NCBI GenBank assembly: GCA_032718475.1
Contig: JAUCBJ010007807.1
Span: forward strand, 1 to 54,807
Direction: 5' to 3'
DNA length: 54,807 bases
Source of the DNA: Nemertoderma westbladi
Lineage: Eukaryota > Animalia > Xenacoelomorpha
Shown: positions 12,501 to 23,169 of the stretch, in pieces
Layout: each line of letters begins with the position of its first letter
How positions within the stretch are numbered: position 1 is the stretch's first letter
The notes under the pieces: model-generated
The model's input: only the letters and a program-made list of their open reading frames with translations
The model's database searches: none
What the model was told of the DNA's origin: nothing
Program-made: the position numbers and the translations under genes

Positions 12501-12707
12501 ACTTTGGCAGCCTCATGGAGTGAATAAGCATGGTGGACAGCCCATGACTTTCTTGAGACGCATCTTAAAGGACACTGGCCTTAAAGATGCGGATGATCTA
12601 GCAAATGTCATGGGTGATAGAGTTGTGGCGGTGCAATTTTGTTGACAAGCCGGCACAGCATTCTTAAAAATGCAGCTGCAATGCAGCATGCCGATCCTAG
12701 TAGTAGT
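9558..12707 (+). mobile_element. RTE-clade LINE, near full length, with a 76-bp target-site duplication
   Basis: Single APE+RT ORF (VGVQEHR, GDFNA, QIDHI, SDH, QNGF, VDFFKAFDS, GVLQGDTLAPFLF, DFADD, YLGS). The 3' tail is (TAG)n. Identical direct repeats lie at 9482-9557 and 12708-12783. Confidence 0.95.
9583..12645 (+). pseudogene. RTE endonuclease-reverse transcriptase ORF with one in-frame TGA and a 3' frameshift
   Basis: ORFs 9583-9900 and 9949-12645 are in the same frame, separated by TGA at 9898-9900. The C-terminus GDRVVAVQFC differs from GDRELWRRNFV in sister copies because of a 2-bp deletion near 12620. Confidence 0.85.
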
Positions 12708-14798
12708 ATCATGTAATTTTATATTTCTTGATTTAGGTACACCCCTTTCAACCACCTCTTCCCCTCCTCTAAAGTTTATTTTCAAATCTAAGTGATATGA
12801 GTGTTATGAAATCCACATCAGATGAAATCCTTAATTTTGTCTGAGTTTGTTTTATCTTATCTTTTAAAATATTTTCTTAGCGTTTCGAAAACGCCAGGCA
12901 ATAATGATCCAGCACTAACACCACACAAAATAAATAAAAGCATCTGATTTTTCGAAATTTTAAATAGTCCGATTTAGTTAAATTATAAAACATTCTGAAA
13001 CTCATTTTTCTTTAGGGCATTCTCTAGAATGATTTGTTTAGAAAACCGTCAACTGCGGCAGTTCAAAAGCATGTTGTGGAAATAAAGTTAAAAAACATTA
13101 TCAGAGATTTAAAAAAAACGGACAGTAACGAAAAGTGTCATAGACAAAATGATGATGAAATATCTCGTAGTACTGCTGTACTGTCGTTTTCTTCAGTACC
13201 GGTAAAATCTAGTAGAAGTATAAAATAATAGCTTTAGTTTACGCATTGTATTAAATGTCGGTCGGTTCCAGTGGGTGTATGGCACACTAGTATTGTCCTG
13301 TGAGAGAGCGGAGATAATCCGAATACTAAGATTATTTATCATTACATAATGTATGTCTTTATTCAGTAATTGAAATTGAATTATGAGTAAAAAGGGAGAA
13401 GATATCAAAGCAAAAAATGCACTAACAGTTACCTCGTCCCTTATTACTTATTATCACAAGACAGATAAATAATATACACGAATGTTATATACAAGCTCTG
13501 TCAAGTAAACCTAATGTAAAAGGCAACTAAAACTCACAATCCCAAAGCCTACCCAAATATATTATATTGCCCATGCCCCAGGCGCCACCCTCAAGATAAG
13601 CCGAATCCAAACTCATTGCCTGTGATTGATTTCCATTCTCAATTCTAGCAAAAAGGTGATAATAAATTATCCATTATCAGCCCCCAGTAAAAAGCCCAAC
13701 TGTAGCCGCTGCTTTCCAACATGATATACATCACTCAAACCTCATTAATTCCAATTCAACTTAATGGTATTGCTGTCATATGACGAGTGTAAGCAATCCA
13801 TTTCAGTAGGCTGTGCACATCATGAAGTGCGGTTTTGGTTCGATCTAGTCAGTCCTGCAGTTGTATGGAATGAATGTGTCAGTATGTAGTACTAGTCAGT
13901 ATGGAATTAATGTGAATGTTTTTAACCAAAATGCATTAGAAAATCAATGAAGGTGTTAGTTATGTGCTAGTACATATCTATATTGCTAATAATTTTAAAT
14001 GCTGGAGAAATAAAGATTTTCATTGCTATATTTAACAGTGATAAATTACTAAAATCCAGGAACATTCATAATTTAAATTTCCTCTTTAAATTTCATATTT
14101 TTATATAATCATGGATGTTACAATGTATGAAAGATTAATTGTTAAAGATGGATGCCAAAATTGTGGTTTTAAAGTTTATCTTGCCATTTCTTTCCGAATA
14201 AGTAAGTAAGAGTCACCATCTGCGGTCTTTAAGAGGAATGCTATAACCCAGTCCTTGTCTGGATATGTATAGGATCTCTACCATTATAATATATTATATT
14301 AGTATTTTTTATGATAATTAATCAATCAATTTTCATGATGATTCAAGACAATTCAGCTGGTTCCAGTCCCAAAGAAAGAAAAACTTTATTGTTTTGGGTT
14401 AAAGGGCCAAGGCTAAGAGAAACCATATAATAGCAAGTATGGGGCCTTATTCCTATTCCAAATCAAAACAATCATGTTGAATCGCAGTCAGGGATCAAGT
14501 AGAGGGACTCTTGTGGGAAATCCAGATTCTAAGAATGTAGAGAGGCGGGGCACATTGGGGCCACTTCTATCATTAGAATTTAAAATTAAATTATACATTC
14601 TGCTACATTTTCTTTGTAGTAGTGATCATACCTGCATTCAGATAAAAATATATTTAGGGCAATAAAACATTAATATAATACCTAGGACAATAAGACATTA
14701 ATATATATGTTACAATCTGGTGTACATTTCCTAAATAAATCTATCCATAACTCGTTTTACCCTTACTGTTTCATTCACATAAATTTATGTTGACTTAC

Positions 14799-15650
14799 CA
14801 TAGTATGATATGATCCATGCTTTGTTATCTCATGGTCAATGTGACCATATTCTATAACACAATCGCAACATAGTTTGACTCCGCAGTCAATGCAGTAGTA
14901 CTGTGTGAGTTCTGGGCTGTGAAATCTACAACTTTGCAATGGGGAAATGGCCTTGCTTGCTGAAGCACCAAGGCCCTCTGGTTTAGTAACAGTAAGGCCT
15001 TCAATTGAATTAGTTTCACATAAACTTCGAACCACATAGTTTGTCTGTAAATCCTCCAAATGTCGGGTGTATGTCTTGTGATTACAAACAGGGCATTTAA
15101 TTATGACTCCATTGAACATTTCCTTGGCCATGCGGCCGAGACAGGGCTCGAAGCAAAATGTATGCTGGCATTGAAGCACCCGAGGGTCTCTGAATACATC
15201 CAGACATATTGGACACTGCAGATTCCTACCAAGTCGTTCTTCGAACCCTGTCTTTCCACTTTTAGTTCCGCTTTTGATCCGTGATGCGGTTCCACTGGAT
15301 GATGATGGATTTTGACCTTTTATCTTTTTGTTTTTGTAGCGAGGGTCACGTTTCACACGGTCAGCATATACAAATATCCCGAAGTCTGGGGGACATTCAA
15401 AGTATTGCCGACCACAAAAGGAACCATTGGAACCGGAGTTTGATGGCACATCCAATTGCACTCCGATTAAAAGGTATCTCATGCGTTCTGGCACACCGAT
15501 CCACCGGATCACACCGTATTGGATGATCTTACCATCCAACTGGATGCGGTCACCAACTGACAGACAATCATTTGTCGACTTGTGATCCTCGCTGGAGTTT
15601 ACATTGTCCCTGTACTTATATTCACTATCATTGGCGGGATTTCGTGCCAT
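14799..15650 (-). CDS. TRIM-like E3 ligase, first coding exon: CAP-Gly + C3HC4 RING + B-box
   Basis: ATG in context aaaATGG at 15650. CAP-Gly: YGVIRWIG...GVQLD...GSNGSFCGRQYFEC..FGIFV. RING: CPICLDVFRDPRVLQCQHTFCFEPC...CPVC. B-box: CRFH...YCIDCGVKLCCDC...GHIDH. The donor is ATG|gtaagt, phase 0. Confidence 0.9.
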
Positions 15651-16789
15651 TTTTCCCTTCCATAATGAAGAGGAACTTGAACTCAACAATGTACTTTGAC
15701 TTCCAATAATAAACATAGACAAAAATTAAACGTTTTAAAGGCAAACATATAACACCTATCCAATTACAATACTTACAAGAAACTTATGATGTAGCCCTTT
15801 TATATTTAAATGAAATAAGACTGTTTCACAATTTGAGAAAAAGGAAACATTAAGTCAAAAGTTAGAATATACAGCTGTCCACAATGGTGGAATAATGAAA
15901 TATAAGAAAGTAAGGAGTAAAAGATAAGATAATTAATTCCGAGAATATCGTCTTAGAATTGTAATCGTTTCTAATGTTAGGAATTATTTGCGAGGCAGTT
16001 AAATTTTGAGAAGGAATTAATATCTATAGAAAAGTTGCAGGAACATTATCTAAAATGGAGAAAGAAAGATAGAAAATGCAACTAGAATATTTTTATCAGA
16101 TGATGAAGAAAACTGTGCAAATGTTACTCAATGGACCATTTCGACTATATTGGGCAGAGCTGTACAATATTTAGAGTTATAATCCTGTAACTTTAACTTT
16201 TATTTAACTTTATATTTCACCTCATGTTTGTAAAGAATATCTGAAATTCAGTAATGTACAAATTCAAAATTTAAATGTCAGGAATAAGCAAAGTTTAATC
16301 CTTGCTTTTTACTCGTCCAATTTGAATCATACTTAATAAATCAATATTTATTTACTTAATTAATAATGATAGGCTACGTCCCATGATAATTCTGTTGGCT
16401 ATTCTGAATTCATACTATTGTCTACTACTACTGCACGTGAAATAGTCCACAAACTATTTGTATATTTTATTCGGTAATAATACATTAAATAACTATTTAC
16501 ATACTTGTGTGTAAATTAGCATTTCACAGTCGGCTGATTAAAAAAATTTGTTACACAAACGAACATTTGGTAAAAGTGAAAAATAATAGAATTATAACAA
16601 TCGCTTTACAAAAAGCATTCATTTAGTTTTATTCAAAGATTTAGTTTTGTTGTTTTAAAAAGTATGTATCTTTTGTGTAAAAGTTCTAAAATAATTGTAT
16701 AATAGGAATTGATGCTTTTGAGAAAAAAAAAATGCGACTATTTATATTTTAAAAAAATACCTCCATCCAGTCAGAAGTTATTGTAAATT

Positions 16790-17100
16790 TTAATTAGGTA
16801 GTGGAATCAGTTTGATCTCGATCGCAGAAAATGTATTCAACATAATTATGTTTAATCACATCAGGGATCATGTAGTAGGGGGAGTCCTAGATGGGAATCA
16901 AAATGGTTTGCATAAGGTGAGGACCACATGACGCAATTATGGTATTTAGAAGTGTAATTGAAGAATTATCTGTAAAGAAGGAAAGATAATTGGGTGTTAT
17001 TCGTGTCCCTTTCAAGGAATTTGACTCAATTTGAATGTGTGTTTGATTTGAATGTCAATGCTACATGTTAAAACAATTCAATTCTGGATGGTACATATTA
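16790..17100 (+). mobile_element. Old degraded RTE RT fragment
   Basis: The DNA aatggtttgcataagg...attgaagaattatctgtaaagaaggaaaga...ttcaaggaatttgactca aligns by eye to the QNGF...IEELSKKKD...FKAFDS region of the 9.5-12.7 kb copy. Confidence 0.55.
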
Positions 17101-17339
17101 TACAAGAATATTATGTTTAGAAAATGTTGGATTATGCTATAAATATGTAGGCCTACGATAATAAGGTGCTATACAGTCACACAACCCTACAATCCTACAA
17201 CTCAAAATTAACATGACCAACAAACCCATAAACGTATTTAAATTGCACAGTATATGATTTTAAACATTAAAACACTGACGGCATGGCATGGCCGGCACCA
17301 TGTAGTGGAGGCCAATAATGTATGGATGAGAGCCCTTAA

Positions 17340-18729
17340 CCCTATTAAACCCGGGGGGGTCAATATGACCCCCCCCCCCCCCCCCGCCCGTGGTTTTTTT
17401 GTTATAATTCTGAAACAAACGCAGTTGGGAATCTAAATTTTATGACTTTTCCTAAAAATCTATTGTCTTCCTGGTAGTGAAAACCGTTTTCAAAAATATT
17501 GGGTAGTTTTCGAGTTATAGCACCATTTTTTAACCCTACTTTTGGCACTTTTTTGAGACGTTTTTTGAAAATTACATTTCATTAAATATTAAGTGGAACA
17601 TCTCTATTTTTGATTTACACCGGCTTCTTGGTGTTAGCAATTGGATGGAATTCATATAAATTGCTTTAGAAATTTCAAACTTGCTTTTTCGCCGGGTGCC
17701 AAATTTTGGTGCCAGCACGAAATTTTGAAAATCCATTCAATAGATAAAATTGCTTGCATTTTAGAGGTTTATGGCTGTTCTGAATTCAATGGAATATATA
17801 CTTATCGTACTAGACATCTCAAACTTGTATTTTTCGGAAGTGGGTGCAAAATGTGGTGCTAGCACCAAATTTTGAAAACCATCAAATATATAAATTGATT
17901 GTGTCATCTTGTTTCTTGCGTTATACGGGTTTGTTAGGGTTCTGAATTCAATGGAATCAGTAAAAATTTCATAAGAGTTTTCAAACTTGTATTTTTCGCC
18001 GGTGGGTGAAAATTGTTGTGCCAGCACCAAATTTTGGAAAATGGGTAAATTGATCAGTAGATAGTATCATCTTGTTTCTTGCGTTATACGGGTTTATGAG
18101 GGTCCTGAATCCGATGGAATCAATAAAAACAGCAATGGACATCGCAAACTTGTACTTTTTGGTGATGGGTACGAAATTTGGTGCTAGCACCAAAATTTCC
18201 CAAATTACGCCGAAAAATACAATTAGCAATGATCTGGCATATTTGAAATGTATTCCATTAGAATCAGCGCCCTAGAAAACCTGAAAATGTGAATTTATAG
18301 CATCGTATAAGTGAATTAAAAATTTTGTGTTCTAACTGAAAAGTGCTGGTTACTTGTTTTTTTCATTTTTTTCCTACGCATAGAGGACTAAACAGAAATT
18401 TATGGTAATCATATCTTTTTTAAATATTTTCCAATGTATTTTGCGCCCCAGAAAACCTGTATTGAAAAACAATTAGCCGAAAAATGTAACTTTCAAATTT
18501 TGTGAAAATTGTGCACTACTTGTAATTTTGGTGCTGCAATATTACCACCCCAGTACATTTTTTCGAAATTTTTTTTTCGGTCGGATCCAGACTACTGCAT
18601 ACGCTACGTACAAACAAAAAAGCAGACGTTTTCGTCAATATTTGTAGATTTTAAAGGGAGGGGTCAATATGACCCCCCCCCCCCCCCCCTGGTATTTGTA
18701 CAGCATTTTATAGCCCGGTACTAATAGGG
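17340..18729. mobile_element. piggyBac-type non-autonomous element (MITE)
   Basis: TTAA at 17336-17339 and 18730-18733, with termini CCCTATTA...TAATAGGG. The palindromic motif ggggtcaatatgacccc occurs near both ends. Diverged ~150-bp internal repeats lie at 17640-18200. Confidence 0.85.
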
Positions 18730-20199
18730 TTAAGCCTGCAAAACTGCTTGGCACAAACGCATACACAGATGTATAGCAAATTAATTGAATCCTGGTATAT
18801 AATACATCCAGTCAGTAAAATAATGTGATTGTTCTAAATGAAAGGATTGGACAATTTGATTATTGAATTGTATATGATAATAAACTATTAATATATATTA
18901 ATTAATAATAATTAATTAATAATAAATATTAATAATAAAATATTGTAGCAGCTTGTTATCTAGTTACGAAAGATGATTCTGTCATTATTGATAGATGGAA
19001 ACGAGTTTTGGGTACATAACCCAGTAATAATCAATTGTGCAAATTATTGTGTTGTGTTGATTTTTGTATGTATATCGTGCATATTGTAGGTAGGCCTATG
19101 TACAATGGGTTTCGGCCCGATGGAATAAAGAAAATAAAATAAATAAATAAATTTATAGTAAATAAACATTATCTTCTTATTTAGCTGATGAAAATTAGGA
19201 AAAACTTTGAGAATGGCGAAGCATAAGAAGCGCTATATTACCTGGTAATATTAATATTTGTTGTTATTACACTGTATTAAATAATTAATACCTTGTGGAA
19301 CTAAATAAAATTTATTGTGTATTTTTACGCTCGTTTTCAAGACTGCCTCAGCAGTATTACGGGGCATCCAAAAAGTTCATAATAATATGGCAATAGTAAG
19401 CTAGGACCGTTATATTAACGTGTTCAAATGATGGTGATAATAATATAAACCGTTACATCAATAAACTTAGTATGAAAATCCATAGAGGGTGCAAATAAGT
19501 AGCTGTAAAACCATCACTTATGAATGCTGTTCATATGGGTCAATGACACCAGCAGCGCTTGTTCATCCACACATGGCAATCAATAAAACCATCATTAAGC
19601 ATCAAACTCGCAAATATAATTTATGATCAGTCGAACGCACACATGCGGGCGCTTGGGCCGATAGAAAGCACAGCGCGTATCCGTATTGGTTGCATGTTGC
19701 TCTGGTAACGTATCAACTGTTATCCGTTTTAAATTTAAGAAAATTGGAAAAATAAGCAAGTTCTTCTAACGAGCAATTTTCAGAAAAGCTAATATTCTCA
19801 ATCATTTGCGCCAAAGAAACATAGAAAATTAATGTGCATAAAATATAAATTTGCGGTGGTATAAGATGTGTAGAACATATGTGATCTGATACGTTACTAA
19901 AACGTCATTCAGAAATGTGAAAGAAATCATCAAAAACTAAGTTGCACATCATTGTCTTCGCTAGTATGAAAGTTATATTACACGAATTATTTTTGTATTA
20001 TGTGGAATATTATCTGTATGATAATGGTTTTGAAATATTCCATTGTATATTTAGGATATAATTTATCAGTTCGTATATAAAAATAATAAAAATGGAATTT
20101 TATCCGTATTTTATTTCCTTTTAAATTATTTTGCTTTAAGTATCAACACGGAAAAATTATATACAAAATATGAGACGATCAGTTTCACACTCTAGCGGC

Positions 20200-20472
20200 A
20201 GCCTGACTTGGTACTTACGGGTGGTATAGGAATTAGTCTTATCTCGATTGCTGCATAATTATTAAACCGAATAATTCTGATTGCACTAAGAAGGATTATT
20301 GACAGACATTTGACTATCACATTTCTGTACTTTTTTCAAGGCCTTCGACTCTGTTGCTGCACGCCCACGCACGTTCCATATTCTTTAGGCATATGAGATT
20401 CCCAATGAGATGATTACTGCTACCTGATCAGTTTATGTGGATACCTTCGATCCACTACCATTGGAGACACAG
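20200..20472 (+). mobile_element. Old degraded RTE RT fragment
   Basis: Recognisable remnants of GISLISIAA..NRI, FFKAFDSV and Y.IP.E...SVY...GDTE. Confidence 0.55.
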
Positions 20473-21000
20473 ACTACTACGATCCGCATGCTGCATTGCA
20501 GCTGCATTATATATATTTTACATATATATTAAGAATTCTGTCTGAGCCGGCTTGTCGACAAAATTGCGCCGCCACAACTCCCTATCACCCAGGACATTTG
20601 CTAGATCATCCGCATCTTCAAGGCCAGTGTCCTTTAAGATGCGTCTCAAGAAAGTCATGGGCTGTCCATCATGCTTATTCACTCATTGAGGACGCCAAAG
20701 TACAAGATTATGCACTGGCTTGTCCTCAGGGCGAAAGCAATGTCCTGCAAAGCGGAGGCTGTTCCGTTCATGTGTCAAGCTAGGGGAGACTAATGGAACA
20801 CCTCCAATGTTGTATAGAGTCAGATTGGAGATGTGTTCCTGTTTATTGTACAATGAACCCGGTGCAGCTTTCTTGTGAAAAGGCCATCCATAGATTTGGT
20901 ATCCTCTGCAGTTAGAGCCCAGCATGGACTCCAATGTAAGAGTACTGGTACTACTGCTGCCATAAATAATCGGACCTTAAAGTTCCGTTTTATTCTATGG
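20473..21000 (-). mobile_element. 5'-truncated, diverged copy of the RTE family (3' end)
   Basis: The reverse complement matches 12200-12707, including HISNLTLYNIGGV, RFAGHC and the tag tail. Confidence 0.85.
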
Positions 21001-22172
21001 GATTCTCTTTGTCCTATAATTGTCTACAATAATGGGGGTGAATGAGCTCCATCCAATATTGGTAAAACAGGGGTAACCGTATGCCAACTCACTAAATTCG
21101 TCACTCGTTCTACCATATTTTGACAAAATAATCGTTTGATCTACTCTGAATTTAAGGAAATGAGTGTTGTGCGAGATTCATATTTTATTGAAAATTTCCA
21201 TGAAAATAATTAAGGTTTGTGATGGCAAATAAGAAATGCTGCATATAGAATTGCAGGTTAGAAATCGTAATATTTTGGCTTCTCAAGACAAATTATCGCT
21301 CAAGGATCTCTGATAATACAGCTTGAAGCAGCAGCTCATCCGCGAGGTATAATAATCATGGAATATTCTTCTCAATTCTCATTAGGCTTTTATGATAGAG
21401 TTTGTAAAACACGGCTGACAGCTAGCTCAGCTAGTAGTATATTTACATTATTTCCAAGGGCATATATATTAGGAAATTTACCCTTGCTGCATTGGAGATA
21501 TTAGTAATCCCTTTTACAGATCATATTCAATCAAGTTTCTCAGATTCTCAATATATGTAGCTAATTGACAATACATGGAAAACATGTAAATGTTAAATAT
21601 ACGAATATGTGTCAACTGAATAAATATAATATAATATTTGATTGTGTTGACAGGGTGGAATAATTGCAATAGATGATTGGTTACCAGTGCCTGCCCCTCT
21701 AATCTGATTGACGGTCCAAGATTAACAAACATGCGAAAAAGGAACAGCTAGCTAGCTATATTGTTCACATTCTGTCATTCACTGTGTAAATTTATTCCTG
21801 ACATCAGAAGATACTGTGCTGCAATATAGCAGCCGCTGCTTGATCCTCTTTCTGCAGAAGACATCATATCCCTTGATTGCACATACACCAGGATATAATG
21901 CTGGGTTCATGGTATAAGATACAATCGGTTGTATCGTACAATCTAGGTAGTATATCATTGCTAAAACCCAGCACCACCATGCACACAAGACGAAAGAGAC
22001 ATGCTGCTTCTATCATAGACCTAATCAGGCTGCCTGTGAGACAGCCGGCCAGTGAGATATGACATAGTGATCTGCCATTGACATTCGTGAAACTTCTGCT
22101 GAAAGACATGATAACGAGACCGTTGAATAACCCCAATGAATAACCTAATGAAGACGGGACCGCAATGTTGAT

Positions 22173-23169
22173 CGGTAAGGTAACAATGGTTATATTGAAA
22201 AATATCTAGACATGAAAAATATCGGAAAAATATATATAGGAAATAGGAAATATATAAAAATATAGGAAAAACAAGCTAGTATAATAAATCTGGTGAATGG
22301 GTACCCAAGGTGTATTAATGCCATTTACTTGCACTTGCACTGTTGTAACCCATGCACTGCAATATTGTCCCATAATTCTAAATAAAATGCTCACGCAAAA
22401 TGCAATATTTTTACTCTCGATATTTTTCAACAATCGATATTTTTACTCTCTATATGTTTACTCTCGATATTTTTCAACACTCGACATTTTTCAACACTCA
22501 ATATTTTTACTCTCGATATTTTTACTCTCGACATTTTTCAACACTCGATATTTTAACTCTCGATATTTTTACTCTCGATATTTTTCAACACACGAATTTT
22601 TACTCTCGATATTTTTGCTCTCGATATTTTTCAACACTCGATATTTTTCAACACACGATATTTTTACTCTCGATATTTTTACTCTCGATATTTTTCAACA
22701 CTCGACATTATTCAACACTCGATATTTTTACTCTCGATATTTTTCAACACACGAATTTTTACTCTCGATATTTTTGCTCTCGATATTTTTACTCTCTCGA
22801 TATTTTTCAACACACGAATTTTTACTCTCGATATTTTTGCTCTCGATATTTTTGCTCTCGATATTTTTGCTCTCGATATTTTTGCTCTCGATATTTTTCA
22901 ACACTCGTTATTTTCGATATTTTTCATCACGCATTATTTTTGCTCTCGATATTTTTCAACAATCGATATTTTTTAACACTCGATATCTTTACTCTCGATA
23001 TTTTTCAACACTCGTTATTTTTGATATTTTTCATCTCGCGTTATTTTTACTCTCGATATTTTTAAATCACGTTAGTTTTCAACACTCGTTATTTTTACTC
23101 TCGATATTTTTACTCTCGTTATTTTAACTCTCAATATTTTTCAAGTCTCGATATTTTTCACCATTACCG
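22173..23169. mobile_element. Foldback/MITE-like element with an expanded 13-17-bp subterminal array (ctcgatatttttact / ctcgatatttttcaaca)
   Basis: The left end cggtaa..tggt..gaaaaatatctagac is inverted relative to the right end gtctcgatatttttcaccattaccg. The array spans 22420-23160. Confidence 0.7.

Noticed and set aside
14775-15722. ORF-track boundaries for the CAP-Gly/RING gene
   Set aside because: The track starts at a TTG and reads into the intron. The ATG at 15650 and the donor at 14798 fit better.
22297-23127. 276-aa and 221-aa repetitive ORFs
   Set aside because: These are translations of the foldback-arm minisatellite, open in several frames.
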